From NCBI GenBank assembly GCA_947447665.1, contig CANFJX010000008.1, forward strand, positions 69,149 through 133,148: a DNA stretch of 64,000 nt, written 5' to 3'. The notes beneath the pieces were generated by a model. It did no database searches, was not told the DNA's origin, and worked only from the letters and a program-made list of their open reading frames with translations. The position numbers and the translations under genes are program-made. This document shows, piece after piece, positions 9,784 to 21,411 of this stretch; within the stretch, counting starts at the first letter, position 1; each line of letters begins with the position of its first letter. Source of the DNA: Bacteriovoracaceae bacterium. Its GTDB lineage: Bacteria; Bdellovibrionota; UBA1018.

Positions 9784-10976
9784 TGAATCCGTGCGCGGCA
9801 AACGGGGCACTTTGGAAGGCACTCTTTATTTTCCATCCACTTCCGGAGACATCCTACATGGAATTTGTGGCGACAAAGCGTAGCTCGAAGGGCCCCCAGC
9901 CGCGGGGTGCTCGGCTCTAAACAGATCGGGCAACTGTCAGATTCGACTAAGCTCATGGGAGGCGAGTCAGCCTCGGGTAGCTCCTCCAGCGAAGTCTTGG
10001 ACGACGACCCCAAGAGGACGGCGTTCAGATCTCTAGCAGAACCCGTGAGTGCTCCGTCATTCACCCAAATCGGGTCCACCTCTGAGTGTGCGTCAAGAGC
10101 TACATCGAACCCGGTTTGATGGTACAGGTGGGCCAAAATCATTAAGAGGAATGGGGCTTCAATGACTCCCGGCACGGCAATTTCATCCAATTTAACTTTG
10201 AGCTGACTCGCAGCCGCGCCTCGGGCAAGGATTTCTGAAGGCGAGGGCCAACAGACTGCAGCTGGGGAGGTCGGGCATGGAAGCAGACTGACAGCTTCCG
10301 CACGAGAAGCCTCAGTAAGGTTAACCAAGGCTGGACAAAAAAGCTCCCGAGGGAAATTGTACAATCCACACAAGAACCCCGCGCCCACGGCAGAACCACA
10401 ACAACTCAAACCTAACGCAGGAGGAGGAATCGATGCACAAAGGAAGCCCACCGAGGCGATTGAAACGGGAACGACTTGATTAGTCAAGCTTTGGCTACGG
10501 AGTTCTCTTTTCACCTTTAGGTCAATCTGCAGAAACGCTTGAAACTCCGGAATCAGTTCAGTAAGCCGAGAAGGAGCGCCGCCCAAGAGGGCATAGTGAA
10601 GCTCTTGAATGAGAGAGTCGGATGCCTGGATTTGCTCCTCGGAGACCTCAGCATCAAGCCCCGCTCCGTACCAAAGTCGGTGCGCTGGCTCCAAGCTGAG
10701 GTAGAACTCTTGAGTGAGGTAAATGTAATCAGGTTTGTAGTCTCGCTGATAAAAAGATGGATCACAGGGCCTGCGGACTTTTCTGCAAACTTGTCCGATT
10801 CTAGGACAGGTGGGATTTTCTAGAGCAGCTCGAGATCGAAGAAATTGCTCAACCCTTTCAAATGACTGGATCGCGGCAGGCGAATGGCTTGCGGCAATGC
10901 CCGAGTTGGAGCCAAGGAGATAGGCGAACCCAATCCAAATTGCTCCTGAAATGAAGTAATGTTTGATTCTCGTCAT
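9780..10976 (-). CDS. Secreted/membrane protein with C-terminal RING-H2 (C3H2C3) zinc finger
   Basis: Signal-like N-terminus; Cys-rich hydrophobic middle; CPIC-x15-CRHKFHVGC-x13-CPVCR. Confidence 0.8.
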   Translation of the reverse strand: MTRIKHYFISGAIWIGFAYLLGSNSGIAASHSPAAIQSFERVEQFLRSRAALENPTCPRIGQVCRKVRRPCDPSFYQRDYKPDYIYLTQEFYLSLEPAHRLWYGAGLDAEVSEEQIQASDSLIQELHYALLGGAPSRLTELIPEFQAFLQIDLKVKRELRSQSLTNQVVPVSIASVGFLCASIPPPALGLSCCGSAVGAGFLCGLYNFPRELFCPALVNLTEASRAEAVSLLPCPTSPAAVCWPSPSEILARGAAASQLKVKLDEIAVPGVIEAPFLLMILAHLYHQTGFDVALDAHSEVDPIWVNDGALTGSARDLNAVLLGSSSKTSLEELPEADSPPMSLVESDSCPICLEPSTPRLGALRATLCRHKFHVGCLRKWMENKECLPKCPVCRARIH

Positions 10977-11121
10977 AGAAGAAGACCCATTATTTAAAGC
11001 AAACTCATCGGATAAGCAAACGAGAAAGGGCTAGAGTCAGCTGCACTGCTGCCTATCTATTTGTGTAAAATCTTTTCGAAAAAGGGTGTAAACTCGCCCC
11101 TATCAAAGAGAGGTAGCCGTC

Positions 11122-12018
11122 TTGATGCCTATATTGGAACCCCAGCGGCGTTTTCAGAAGGTCAATATCGAAATTAGCAATATCTGCAACCTACAATGCA
11201 GTTTTTGTCCAGAAGTCGTCCGCTCGAAAGGCTTGATGGATTTGGAGTTATTTCGAACGATCATCGCACAAGTGGCACCCCTGACCGATCAGGTTTGCTT
11301 TCATCTCATGGGCGATCCTCTCGTCCATCCCGAACTCGAAAAGTTTGTAGAGATTTGTGACCAGCATCAGGTTCGTATTTTTTTGGTCACGAATGGCGTT
11401 CTCATGAGGGAAAAGCAGGCCCAGCTACTCTTAAATCCAGCATTTCGGCAGGTCAACTTTTCGCTCCATAGTTTTTTTGATAACTACCCGGAGCGTGACC
11501 CGAGTCTCTATCTCGAGAGAATTTTTAATTACACCGAGACGGCATTTGAAATCAGGCCCGAGCTCTATATTAATTATCGACTCTGGAACCTGGAGCCAAA
11601 TGGCAATGGAGCCGGCCAAAACCAGGAAATGCTCAGAAGGGTGGAAGAACGATTTCAATTCAAAATTCCGACCCCGGTCGACGTACGATCCAAAAAGAGC
11701 TACCGAGTTAAAAATCGACTCTACCTTCACTTTGACAGCGAGTTTGTGTGGCCGTCTCTGGAGCTTCCCATCCTCGGTCAGGAGGGACGCTGCCATGGAC
11801 TTTCTAATCATTTTGGGATCTTAGTGGACGGCACCGTGGTTCCCTGCTGCCTTGATCACCAGGGCTCGATCCCGCTCGGCAATCTCAAGGATCAACCGAT
11901 TTTGGAGATCCTGCAATCAACCAGGTCACAGAGCATTTTGGCAGGATTTAAAAGGAGAAAGCTGGTTGAGGATCTTTGTCAGCGCTGCCAGTATATTGAG
12001 AGATTCTCCCCCAATTAA
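11122..12018 (+). CDS. Radical SAM / SPASM-domain protein
   Basis: CNLQCSFC motif; C-terminal GILVDGTVVPCCLD..LGN..CQRC. Confidence 0.9.
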   Translation: MMPILEPQRRFQKVNIEISNICNLQCSFCPEVVRSKGLMDLELFRTIIAQVAPLTDQVCFHLMGDPLVHPELEKFVEICDQHQVRIFLVTNGVLMREKQAQLLLNPAFRQVNFSLHSFFDNYPERDPSLYLERIFNYTETAFEIRPELYINYRLWNLEPNGNGAGQNQEMLRRVEERFQFKIPTPVDVRSKKSYRVKNRLYLHFDSEFVWPSLELPILGQEGRCHGLSNHFGILVDGTVVPCCLDHQGSIPLGNLKDQPILEILQSTRSQSILAGFKRRKLVEDLCQRCQYIERFSPN

Positions 12019-12026
12019 CTTGCGTT

Positions 12027-12096
12027 AGAGTTCTAGAAAAAGCCTCGGACTCGGATAAATCAAGCCCTCATACTCTAAAACTTTTTCTAGAACTCT
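12027..12096. repeat. Perfect 16-bp inverted repeat with 38-nt spacer between convergent genes
   Basis: AGAGTTCTAGAAAAAG (12027-12042) / CTTTTTCTAGAACTCT (12081-12096). Confidence 0.85.
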
Positions 12097-12140
12097 GGAC
12101 GCGGAACGATCCTTTTACGAACGGAAATAGATCAGGAAAA

Positions 12141-12479
12141 CTACTTTTTAGATTTTTTCTTAGCGGCAGGCTTTTTCTTAGCAGCAGGCTTTTTAGCCGG
12201 TGCTTTTTCTTTGGCAGGTACAGCAGTTTGATCTACTAGTTCAGCCTTGATGTTTTCTGCAGTCATACCTGCGTTCTTGAGGAAACCATGAAATGGCTTG
12301 TCGATTCCGATGGTCAGATTGACTGCAACGCCATCTGAATGAGCGACTTTGATGATGTCTTGAGCCATCAATTCAACATCTCGCTGAGTCTTCAGTTCAA
12401 AAATATCGCCACCTTCGAGACGGCCCTTTTCGTTCGTGAATTCATATCTAAGAAAAACGGATTTTTTTGGATTCTTCAT
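12141..12479 (-). CDS. Hypothetical protein with histone-H1-like PAKK/PAAKKK tail
   Basis: C-terminus PAKEKAPAKKPAAKKKPAAKKKSKK. Confidence 0.7.
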   Translation of the reverse strand: MKNPKKSVFLRYEFTNEKGRLEGGDIFELKTQRDVELMAQDIIKVAHSDGVAVNLTIGIDKPFHGFLKNAGMTAENIKAELVDQTAVPAKEKAPAKKPAAKKKPAAKKKSKK

Positions 12480-12683
12480 AAAATTTACCTAAGAAGTGAG
12501 TTACGTTAAACTGGTTAAAACGCGAAAAAACCGATTTTATCAGACTTTACTCCACTCTGCAATTGTTTTCTAGTTTCGAGGCGGACTTCAAAGCACACAC
12601 CCATCTAATTATTCATATCCTAAACTTACGAGTCGCGCCCTCAGCGTGTACTTTCGAGCTTTCTTTGAAGATTTTGTGGTAGC

Positions 12684-13565
12684 ATGCGCTGCATGGAAAA
12701 CTCCTCCACCGCAAACTCGCACAATCTGGATGAATTCGAAATCGTGACTTTAAAATCAGGGATCAAGAGTATTCGATCCATCACTCGGGGGCAAACTTTT
12801 CACCCGGGCATTGGTCCCATGGCAGAGGCTGAGATTCTACACGTCAATCAGCAAAGACTCCTTGAGCGCGCAGCAGAAACTGATCCTTTTGTGATTTGGG
12901 ATGTTGGACTGGGAGCAGGAGCCAATGTTCTCGCAGCGATTTCAGCCTTGATCAACTCTACTCAAAAGATTTCATCAAGAATCGAGATCCATAGTTTCGA
13001 CAAGACTATTTCACCCCTTGAATTTGCCCTGCAAAATGCGACGGCCCTGGGCTATCTCCTTCCTTACCAAAGTCAAATCCAAGAGCTGATGACACACGGG
13101 CAAGTTAGGCTCTCAGCTCAGATAACCTGGCATCTCCATTTATCCGAATTTCAGAGGGCCATTGCTGAGCCGAATTTTCCTGCGCCTCACTCAGTTCTCT
13201 ATGATCCCTACTCGGCAGCTGAAAATCTAGACATGTGGACTCTCGAGCATTTTCAGAACCTCAGAACTCGCTTAGATTCTCGGGTACCCTCTTTATGGTC
13301 TAACTATACCCGATCAACAGCGGTTCGGGTGACGCTGCTCCTGGCGGGGTTTTATGTAGGAAGAGGATGCTCAATTGGGGAAAAGCTCGAAACTACTCTG
13401 GCCTCCAACCACTTGGAGCTTTTGCAGGACCCCCTGGACCAGAAGTGGCTCGAGCGGGTTCGAAGATCGGGCAATGCATCCCCGATGAGGGGCCCCACTT
13501 ATTCAGAGGGGCCCATTTCGGAGATTGATTATGAACTTCTTGTGCGAGCTCCCCAGTTTAACTAA
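12684..13565 (+). CDS. MnmC/MnmD-like SAM methyltransferase (tRNA mnm5s2U methyltransferase family)
   Basis: [45 protein letters not shown]. Confidence 0.75.
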   Translation: MRCMENSSTANSHNLDEFEIVTLKSGIKSIRSITRGQTFHPGIGPMAEAEILHVNQQRLLERAAETDPFVIWDVGLGAGANVLAAISALINSTQKISSRIEIHSFDKTISPLEFALQNATALGYLLPYQSQIQELMTHGQVRLSAQITWHLHLSEFQRAIAEPNFPAPHSVLYDPYSAAENLDMWTLEHFQNLRTRLDSRVPSLWSNYTRSTAVRVTLLLAGFYVGRGCSIGEKLETTLASNHLELLQDPLDQKWLERVRRSGNASPMRGPTYSEGPISEIDYELLVRAPQFN

Positions 13566-15547
13566 GCCCTGGCTTCGAGCTTAGCTACGAGGTCTTTGAG
13601 TTTCAAAGCAAGCTGACTGAGCCCCTTAGCTGCACCCAAGAGTTGATCGGCACCGGTCGAGCTCTGGCTCGCCGTCTGAGATACGGATTTAATCGTATCA
13701 GAGATTGCCACAACGGCCTTGCTCGACTCCGCTACCACACGTGACACCTCATGGGTCGTCGCTGTCTGTTCCTCAACCGCAGTCGCGATAGTCATTGAAA
13801 TTGAGTTAATTTCCTCCACAGCCTTAGAAATTTCTCGAATTGCCAGGACCGCATTGCCAGTACTATGTTGAATCGTACCAATTTTGCTCGAGATTTCCTC
13901 TGTGGCCTTTGCCGTCTGCTTTGCCAGTTCCTTAACTTCGTTTGCAACCACGGCAAATCCCTTACCTGCATCTCCAGCACGTGCCGCCTCAATTGTAGCG
14001 TTCAAAGCAAGAAGATTGGTTTGTTGAGCAATGGAACTAATCGTTTTGATGACGGTACCAATTTCTTTACTGTCTTCACCCAACTGAGTGACGAGCTCAT
14101 TGGTTTCCTTTGCTTTCTGCATACTTTCCTTGGTTTTTGTAGACCCAGCGGAAGTGTTTTTGGCAATTTCCTTAATAGATGCCGACATTTCTTCGGTATT
14201 CGTCGCAACGCTTCGAACCCCTTTAGATACTTCCTCAGAGGCTGCCGAAGCAGAGTTCGACTGATCCGTAGTTTTCTGAGCATTGGACGACAACTGAGCA
14301 GCCGTGGCTGTTAACTCCTCCGAGGCAGCGCCTAGCTGAGAGGCTGTATCCGCTAGAGTTGACACCAGATCGATCCACTCTGCTTTCTGCTTGGTAATTT
14401 CGGTCGCATACTTGACGACCTTAAAAACTTTACCACTCAAATCGAAGACGGGGTTGTATGCGGCATTAATCCAGACCTCACGATTGCCCTTGGCGATCCG
14501 CTTAAACTCTCCGGACTGAAACTCACCACGACCGAGCTTTTCCCAGAACTCTCGATATTTCGGACTACTCACGAAGGCCGGATCACAGAACATGGAATGA
14601 TGTTTGCCCGTGATCTCCTCGGCACGATAGCCCATCACACTAAGAAAATTGTCATTAGCCTCAATGACCGAACCATCTAAATTAAAGTTAATAACTGCCT
14701 GTGTTTTGGAAAGCGCCGCTAGCTCGGCATCTTTCAATTTTTGCTTACTAATATCAGAAGCATATTTGATCACTTTAATCGGCTTGCCATTCAGATCACG
14801 GATCGGGTTATAAGAGGCAGAAATCCAGACCTCTCGGCCTCCCTTCCCAATTCGCTTATATTCACCTGCATCGTACTCACCGCTCCGCAGTTTTTCCCAA
14901 AAAATCTGGTACTCTCGTGAACTCGCATAACTGCCCTCACAGAACATGCTGTGATGCTTACCTTTAATTTCATCAAGTGAATAACCGAGCGTTTTTAGAA
15001 AGTTTTCGTTGGCTGATCGCACTATCCCGTCCATGCCAAACTCAATGACGGCCTGAGACTTAGAAATAGCTGTAATTTGTGCCTCGTAGTCGGCATTTCT
15101 CACTCTCTGCTCAGTGACATCGGTCGCAAACTTTACGACTTTATAGGGCTTTCCTTTTAAGTCGAAAATAGGATTGTAGGATGCATTAATCCAAACTTCA
15201 CTTCCACCCTTACCTATGCGCTTAAACTCACCAGACTCAAAATCGCCTCGATTCAACTTATCCCATAACTCCCGATAAGCCGGCGATTTGACATAACTCG
15301 GATCGCAAAACATTCGATGATGCTTACCCTTAATTTCATCAATAGAATACCCTAGGGTATGTAGGAAATTATCATTCGCGTCTAATACAGTTCCGTCGAG
15401 ACCAAACTCAATTACCGCCTGTGACTTGTTAATAGCAACGACTTTACCATTTAAGTCCTGCATGCGCTCGTCCACAGTGAGGTCGTTCTCCGGAGCAGCT
15501 AACTGAATTTTTGTACTTTCTGACTTAATTCTTGGCGTTACTTCCAT
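13562..15547 (-). CDS. Cytoplasmic methyl-accepting chemotaxis protein with three PAS domains
   Basis: Three repeats of QAVIEF..ANDNFL..GKHHxMFC..ASYNP; signalling hairpin [34 protein letters not shown]; no TM. Confidence 0.95.
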   Translation of the reverse strand: MEVTPRIKSESTKIQLAAPENDLTVDERMQDLNGKVVAINKSQAVIEFGLDGTVLDANDNFLHTLGYSIDEIKGKHHRMFCDPSYVKSPAYRELWDKLNRGDFESGEFKRIGKGGSEVWINASYNPIFDLKGKPYKVVKFATDVTEQRVRNADYEAQITAISKSQAVIEFGMDGIVRSANENFLKTLGYSLDEIKGKHHSMFCEGSYASSREYQIFWEKLRSGEYDAGEYKRIGKGGREVWISASYNPIRDLNGKPIKVIKYASDISKQKLKDAELAALSKTQAVINFNLDGSVIEANDNFLSVMGYRAEEITGKHHSMFCDPAFVSSPKYREFWEKLGRGEFQSGEFKRIAKGNREVWINAAYNPVFDLSGKVFKVVKYATEITKQKAEWIDLVSTLADTASQLGAASEELTATAAQLSSNAQKTTDQSNSASAASEEVSKGVRSVATNTEEMSASIKEIAKNTSAGSTKTKESMQKAKETNELVTQLGEDSKEIGTVIKTISSIAQQTNLLALNATIEAARAGDAGKGFAVVANEVKELAKQTAKATEEISSKIGTIQHSTGNAVLAIREISKAVEEINSISMTIATAVEEQTATTHEVSRVVAESSKAVVAISDTIKSVSQTASQSSTGADQLLGAAKGLSQLALKLKDLVAKLEARA

Positions 15548-15721
15548 GTCATCTGTCTCCGGTCATTTTTTTGACGCTGTAACTTTCATTTAATATTTAA
15601 ATTTATATTAAATAAACTAATTTTTTTATTATTAAAAAATGTTACCATCTACCCTGAAAAAAAAGATAGAAAAAATTAGCGATCAACCAGGAAATCAAAG
15701 CCGCTCGATCTGCCTCTGTAT

Positions 15722-15737
15722 TGGACTTTTATTTGCA
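15722..15737 (+). promoter_or_regulatory. Putative sigma-54 promoter
   Basis: TGGACTTTTATTTGCA, GG-N10-GC, upstream of ATG 15781. Confidence 0.5.
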
Positions 15738-15780
15738 TTCATTAAAATATATTTATTAATACCGGACCATTTAAATCATC

Positions 15781-16524
15781 ATGATTACATCATTAAAAAG
15801 ACTTTCTAAAATCAGAGTGAAATCCGGAGAGAATGATCTCGGTCACATTTTTGACTTGATCACAACAGATGACCAATGGAAGGTCTGCTACTATATGTCC
15901 CGCAAATTGGGGCTCGTCAGCTCGAAACTACTCATTGCTCCGACCGTACTAGGTGACCTTCAGCACGGAATTGAATTAGGCTTCTTGAATGTTGACCGAA
16001 ACACAATTGACGCAGCACCCCTACTCGTCACCGAACACCCACTCTCGCAGCAGGTGGACCTAACTCACCCCATCTACCGATGGCCGATCTATCCAGATGA
16101 TGGTGGAATCTGGGGAGCGGCGCCTCATTTGGTGGGAATTTTTAGCGAGCGAGAGAAAAACCGGAGATCCGATCCTCACCTCAGATCAGGGAAGCAGATT
16201 CTTGGAATGCAGATCGAGAGCCGCCAAAAGCAAATTGGACGAGTGTCAGACTTTCTCATTGAAACCGAGAGTTCTGTGATTCGATATTTCGTAGTAAAAA
16301 AAACGAAACTTCTATCGACTCAATTTTTTCTCATCTTCCCGCAATGGATCGAATCCATCTCTTACCTAAAAAGAAAGGTAACCCTCAATCTGGAGCCATC
16401 GCTTTTTGCCTCAGCTCCGCACTATGCCGCGCAAATCGACGTCAATCGAGAGCTAGAGACTAAAATCTTCGCCCATTACGGAATGCCAGGTTACTGGGAA
16501 TCAGGGGAAAAAGCAGCGGTCTAA
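15781..16524 (+). CDS. Tandem PRC-barrel domain protein
   Basis: LGHIFDLI..WKVCY; DPHLRS..IGRVSDFLIE..IRYFVV; HYGMPGYW. Confidence 0.75.
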   Translation: MITSLKRLSKIRVKSGENDLGHIFDLITTDDQWKVCYYMSRKLGLVSSKLLIAPTVLGDLQHGIELGFLNVDRNTIDAAPLLVTEHPLSQQVDLTHPIYRWPIYPDDGGIWGAAPHLVGIFSEREKNRRSDPHLRSGKQILGMQIESRQKQIGRVSDFLIETESSVIRYFVVKKTKLLSTQFFLIFPQWIESISYLKRKVTLNLEPSLFASAPHYAAQIDVNRELETKIFAHYGMPGYWESGEKAAV

Positions 16525-16633
16525 TTCATTTGAAATTATTATTGTGCACATAAACGCTGCATGTTAGTTCATTCATAAGTGTTCCTTTGTTCTAATAGAG
16601 GGAACTATTTAATCGAAAAACAGGGGATCAATC

Positions 16634-17179
16634 ATGAAAAAATTAGTCAAGAAAATGGGTTTTATCTCTACTATAATCTTATCTAGCTTTGGAGTTACCA
16701 GTCTGGTTCAACCTGCAAATGCCCAGGCCGCAATCGGAGCCTCCGCCTGGCCACTATTTCCCCTCATGGTGGTAGGAGCTGCCTTGGAAGTTGTCGCGCT
16801 TTGCACAGGATCTGCAGCCGTCGCCAATTCAGCCGAGGGTTTTCACCGCAGAGCGAGTAATCTCTGGGGTGTGACGCTTGGTGAGTTTTTTTTAGGCCTG
16901 CTCTTCTTAGATGATCAGAGCCAAACCGGAACTGTTCAGAAAGTCAGTCCTCAAGAAGCGACTCAATACGGACTGACAGAATCTGAAAGACTATCTTACA
17001 ACGAAGCCGTAGACAACGGGGACATGGAAGCCATTTTCCAACAAGCTTCCCAAGAACTGACCCTAGAATCCTCACACGAGCAAGCAAAAGAAGTGATGCA
17101 AACACTCCTAGCTCAACTGCAAGATGATGCTCACCGGGCATTTAATAAAATCGCTCGCCATCTGGTTACAAATCGATAA
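16634..17179 (+). CDS. Hypothetical secreted/membrane protein
   Basis: Signal peptide ending ANA, hydrophobic segments, GGGG RBS. Confidence 0.7.
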   Translation: MKKLVKKMGFISTIILSSFGVTSLVQPANAQAAIGASAWPLFPLMVVGAALEVVALCTGSAAVANSAEGFHRRASNLWGVTLGEFFLGLLFLDDQSQTGTVQKVSPQEATQYGLTESERLSYNEAVDNGDMEAIFQQASQELTLESSHEQAKEVMQTLLAQLQDDAHRAFNKIARHLVTNR

Positions 17180-17201
17180 AAAATAGGCCATCAGACAGAT
17201 T

Positions 17202-17258
17202 CACTCAGGACACCACTCTGATTGCGCCCACCAGGCATCTCGAGTGGTGTCCTGAGTG
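17202..17258. repeat. Perfect 17-bp inverted repeat with 23-nt loop
   Basis: CACTCAGGACACCACTC (17202-17218) / GAGTGGTGTCCTGAGTG (17242-17258). Confidence 0.85.
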
Positions 17259-17265
17259 GACTCGA

Positions 17266-18402
17266 GTGAGCCCCCCTATGCACCTAACTGTCAAGATCAC
17301 AGTCTTTTTAGTTCTCGCTTTGATCTCCGCTGTAGCCACCTCTCCGGTCGCAAAGGGAGATCATCAGAAAGTCGTTTTTCTTACGTCGCTCAATACAAAG
17401 AACGTTTCGGCTATTTTTAGAAGAAATTATTATCAAACCTACGTTCAAAAACTGGAGGAGCGTTTTCGAAGTGAGTTTGAGCGAACCCAATATGTCATCG
17501 AGATCGTCCATGATGCCGATCAATTTGACCTGTGGAGCGTGCTCCATGATCCCACCAATGTGGCCGTTTTTTGGTTGTCTCACGCCAGCCTAGCGGGAGT
17601 TTCAGACCCAATCTTGCGCACCCACAAGATGATTGATGCTCGCGGCTTCGACATCACACCCGCTTTCGAGAAGACTCACCCCAATCTCAGATTTCTTGCT
17701 GTGATCGGCTGCTTCTCTCAAGACATTTTGAACAGTCTACCGCAAATCTCCCAAGACCCGAAGCACCCCACCCGCCCCTATTTGCGACTCTTTACATTTC
17801 ACGACCGAGTCGACGCAAAAAAGGGACTCAAACAAGCCATCCTAGAGTCTAAGAAAATATTGGAAATACCGGAGATCCGCACGGGATATCGCTCGCCTTG
17901 CCCTCAAACTCCAGGCTACCGAGTTAGAGTGGACCGTACTTTCGCACTCTCAACCCCCTTGAGGCAGGGCAAGCTAGATCTCTCTCCAATTCGTCCTGCG
18001 GGCAGACTTATGATGGGGCAACAAATTCTTGATGCTTTTCCGAGGAACGACCCGGGTGGTGATACTGAAATCAAATTCCAAACCCATGAAGTATTTGTTC
18101 CAAAAATCACGGGATCTTTGCCAAGCTTACGAATCGACGTTGGCGAGAATGACTCAATCCTGAAACAAAAGGACCTGGTTGCGAGACTCGACATTGGGAA
18201 TCTAAACCTCACCCTCCTGGGAAACAGAGGGGCCGACATTCATCCATGGGGACTTTGGCAAATGCCGAGTGGTAAGGCGATCGGAATTTTTTCTCGAATC
18301 TTTAAGCCGCAACCGGAAAAAATTGAGGATTTGGACTTGAGTGCCTATGAAGTCCAAGACTCTGAGTTTCGATGCGAGCCAATGCCAAGCTACGACTCAT
18401 AG
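17266..18402 (+). CDS. Hypothetical secreted protein
   Basis: Signal-like N-terminus; FWLSHA and VIGC motifs; no family recognised. Confidence 0.65.
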   Translation: MSPPMHLTVKITVFLVLALISAVATSPVAKGDHQKVVFLTSLNTKNVSAIFRRNYYQTYVQKLEERFRSEFERTQYVIEIVHDADQFDLWSVLHDPTNVAVFWLSHASLAGVSDPILRTHKMIDARGFDITPAFEKTHPNLRFLAVIGCFSQDILNSLPQISQDPKHPTRPYLRLFTFHDRVDAKKGLKQAILESKKILEIPEIRTGYRSPCPQTPGYRVRVDRTFALSTPLRQGKLDLSPIRPAGRLMMGQQILDAFPRNDPGGDTEIKFQTHEVFVPKITGSLPSLRIDVGENDSILKQKDLVARLDIGNLNLTLLGNRGADIHPWGLWQMPSGKAIGIFSRIFKPQPEKIEDLDLSAYEVQDSEFRCEPMPSYDS

Positions 18403-18414
18403 GATTAGACTATT

Positions 18415-20484
18415 ATGAACTCATCCCCCTGTTGCTCAGAACCAAACATGATTCAACCCGGAACAGAAACAGGCCCCTCGCCGATGGACCTGGAAATCGC
18501 CGATATGACCCGCAGATTTTGGATTGGTGCGGCCTTCTCACTCCCTCTACTTATTTTATCGATGTTGGATCTTTTAGCGAATCATTCCATCCAGATTTGG
18601 ATTGAATTAGCGTTGGCAAGTCCTGTGGTCCTTTGGGCTGGATCACCTATTTTTAAAAGAGGCTGGCAGTCGGTTAGGGACCAAAGCCTGAACATGTTTA
18701 CCCTGATTGCGTTAGGGACGGGTATTTCCTTTGGCTTTAGTATCATTGCTACACTCCTTTTTACCTTCCTGCCCAGCTCTCTATCTCCGATTCTAACGAT
18801 GCACTCAGGTCGAGTGGAGGTCTACTTTGAACCTGCGGCCGTCATTGTAACTTTAGTCCTTTTGGGGCAAGTCCTAGAACTCAAGGCTCGAGGGCAAGCC
18901 GGAGCTGCCATTCGTGCCCTTCTTCAGCTTGCACCCAAATCGGCTCGCATCATTCGGAGCGGTGGCACGGAGGAGGACGTAAGCATTGAAACGATCCATG
19001 TCGGTCATCTTTTACGGGTGCGACCGGGCGAAAAAATCCCTGTAGATGGCATCGTTCAATCTGGTCAGAGCTCGGTGGATGAATCGATGATCTCTGGCGA
19101 GTCCCTGCCTATTGAGAAAACTGTAGGCTCCCGAGTCTCCGCAGGAAGCTTAAATGGAACTGGCAGCTTCACTCTCAAGGCTACTCGAGTCGGTGCTGAG
19201 ACATTGCTCGCTCAAATCGTAAGGAGCGTAGCCGAGGCACAGAGAACTCGCGCGTCGATTCAGCGCATCGCAGATCGAGTCTCGAGTATTTTTGTCCCGG
19301 CAGTTATCCTGATCTCGCTGATCACTGGGTTGATCTGGACCCTGTTCGGGCCCGAGCCTCGCTTAGCTTATGCAGTTGTGAATGCGGTTGCTGTCCTTAT
19401 CATCGCTTGCCCCTGCGCTCTGGGTCTTGCAACCCCCATGTCGATTCTCGTCGGAACGGGCGAAGGAGCGCGCCATGGAATCCTCTTCAAAAACGCCGAA
19501 GCACTGGAGACCTTACAAAAAATCGATACCCTGATCGTGGACAAAACCGGAACCCTCACCGAAGGAAGACCTCGGCTCGTATCGCTCCTAGCGTTTCCAC
19601 ACTTTTCAGAATCTCAGGTGCTTCAGTACGCTGGAAGCATTGAAAAAAGCAGTGAGCACCCGCTCGCGGCCGCCATCCTAGATGCGGCAAAAGGGCGAGG
19701 AATTGATACCAATCTCCTCACTCAAAATTTTAAATCTATCACAGGCCAAGGCGTAACCGCCCAGATTAACTCTCAGGCTGTCGCACTCGGGAGTATCGAG
19801 CTCTTACGATCTCTAAGGATCGACTCGTCCAAGCTCGAAGGGCAATCAGCCCCTCTCCTTGCCAACGGACAGACCGTCATCTACCTCGCAGTCGAGCGAG
19901 AGATTGCTGGAATACTTGGAGTTACTGACCCTATCAAGTCAACTACGCCCCAAGCCCTTCAAACAATCAAAAGGGAAGGCATCAACGTTATCATGCTCAC
20001 AGGCGACCATCAGGCAACAGCCAAGTCAGTCGCTAATCAGCTTGGAATAGTAGAGTTCATGGCTGGCGTCAGACCAGAAGAAAAAAGCGAGTTCATAAAA
20101 AAACTCCAATCCCAAGGGCACTGGGTCGCTATGGCGGGAGACGGAATCAACGATGCCCCTGCACTCGCTCAGGCTCAAGTAGGAATCGCAATGGGCACGG
20201 GAACTGATGTTGCGATCGAGAGTGCTGGAATTGCACTAGTCAAAGGTGACCTCCGATCAATTGCGTTAGCGAGAAAAATTAGCCGAGAAACAGTGAAAAA
20301 TATTCGTCAAAATCTTTTTTTCGCTCTCATCTATAATCTTTTTGGGATCATCATCGCCTCTGGAGCACTTTACCCTTTATTTGGAGTCTTACTCAGCCCC
20401 ATGATTGCCAGCGCGGCCATGAGCCTCAGCTCCGTATCCGTGATTACCAATGCACTCAGATTAAGAAATATTCAGACCACTTAG
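18415..20484 (+). CDS. copA: Copper-translocating P1B-type ATPase, no N-terminal HMA domain
   Basis: [45 protein letters not shown] and MSLSS. Confidence 0.9.
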   Translation: MNSSPCCSEPNMIQPGTETGPSPMDLEIADMTRRFWIGAAFSLPLLILSMLDLLANHSIQIWIELALASPVVLWAGSPIFKRGWQSVRDQSLNMFTLIALGTGISFGFSIIATLLFTFLPSSLSPILTMHSGRVEVYFEPAAVIVTLVLLGQVLELKARGQAGAAIRALLQLAPKSARIIRSGGTEEDVSIETIHVGHLLRVRPGEKIPVDGIVQSGQSSVDESMISGESLPIEKTVGSRVSAGSLNGTGSFTLKATRVGAETLLAQIVRSVAEAQRTRASIQRIADRVSSIFVPAVILISLITGLIWTLFGPEPRLAYAVVNAVAVLIIACPCALGLATPMSILVGTGEGARHGILFKNAEALETLQKIDTLIVDKTGTLTEGRPRLVSLLAFPHFSESQVLQYAGSIEKSSEHPLAAAILDAAKGRGIDTNLLTQNFKSITGQGVTAQINSQAVALGSIELLRSLRIDSSKLEGQSAPLLANGQTVIYLAVEREIAGILGVTDPIKSTTPQALQTIKREGINVIMLTGDHQATAKSVANQLGIVEFMAGVRPEEKSEFIKKLQSQGHWVAMAGDGINDAPALAQAQVGIAMGTGTDVAIESAGIALVKGDLRSIALARKISRETVKNIRQNLFFALIYNLFGIIIASGALYPLFGVLLSPMIASAAMSLSSVSVITNALRLRNIQTT

Positions 20485-21411
20485 ATCCACGAGGAGGTCC
20501 CAGAGTTTTTTTCTCTCTTGTTTTGACTCTTTCGTCCAAGGTAGCAGATGGGTTGGAACCTGCTTTCGGTCGAACCAAAATTTCCCGCTAATATTTTTTA
20601 CCGAGTCTGAAGCAGCTAGCCAAATAGCAGTATCAGCCCCCTGAGCGGGGGTCCTCAGTCTCGATTTCAAGAAACCCCAAAACGTCGGAAGCGATTTTTT
20701 TACCCCCGGCGTCGCAGCCCATCCGGGGTGCATCGCATTAAACTTAACCCCTGAGTAGGACTCGTTGGTTGCCCACAATTCATTCAGAATGACTTGAGCG
20801 CGCTTTGTATTGGCGTAGGCAGTAACCCCGCTGTAACTCCCTTGGTCGGCTTGAATATTTTTTAAGTCCAGTGGCTGAAGGTACATCCCACCTGAGGAGA
20901 CCGTGATTACTCTTGCATCTTGGGAGGCCCTGAGCTTAGGCATCAGTAAATAAGTAAGAAGGAAGGGGCCCACACCATGGGTAGCGAGGGTCATCTCAAT
21001 CCCCTCTTTCGTCACACTCCGAGCGCTCGGGAGAATCCCTGCATTGTGAATCAGTACGTCAACTCTCGGCTCTGAAAATTGCTCTACAAAATTTCGAACC
21101 GACGACAAGTCGGAAACATCCAGCTGAGCAAATGACACGAATTGATTTTGAGTTTGTTCTTGGATTTTTCGCGCTGCCTCCGCCCCCTTTTCAGGATTTC
21201 TGCAGAGTAAGACCACGCGAGCCCCCAATTTTGCCAGCCCGATTGCGGTCTCATAACCAAGCCCAGCGTTCGCACCTGTTACCAGGCACACTTTACCATC
21301 CAGGCGCATTTTTTGATCCCTTGGATCAAAGTGCTTTTGATGACGCTCGTAACCAGAGCGATCAAAGGAAAAAAAGATTGAAAAATCGAGAAGTGCGTCA
21401 ATAGATATCAT
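20461..21411 (-). CDS. Short-chain dehydrogenase/reductase (DHRS12-like)
   Basis: [33 protein letters not shown]. Confidence 0.88.
   Translation of the reverse strand: MISIDALLDFSIFFSFDRSGYERHQKHFDPRDQKMRLDGKVCLVTGANAGLGYETAIGLAKLGARVVLLCRNPEKGAEAARKIQEQTQNQFVSFAQLDVSDLSSVRNFVEQFSEPRVDVLIHNAGILPSARSVTKEGIEMTLATHGVGPFLLTYLLMPKLRASQDARVITVSSGGMYLQPLDLKNIQADQGSYSGVTAYANTKRAQVILNELWATNESYSGVKFNAMHPGWAATPGVKKSLPTFWGFLKSRLRTPAQGADTAIWLAASDSVKNISGKFWFDRKQVPTHLLPWTKESKQERKKLWDLLVDLSGLNIS

Noticed and set aside
13562..15547. Internal DNA repeats in the MCP as a mobile or repeat element
   Set aside because: Explained by three tandem PAS domains
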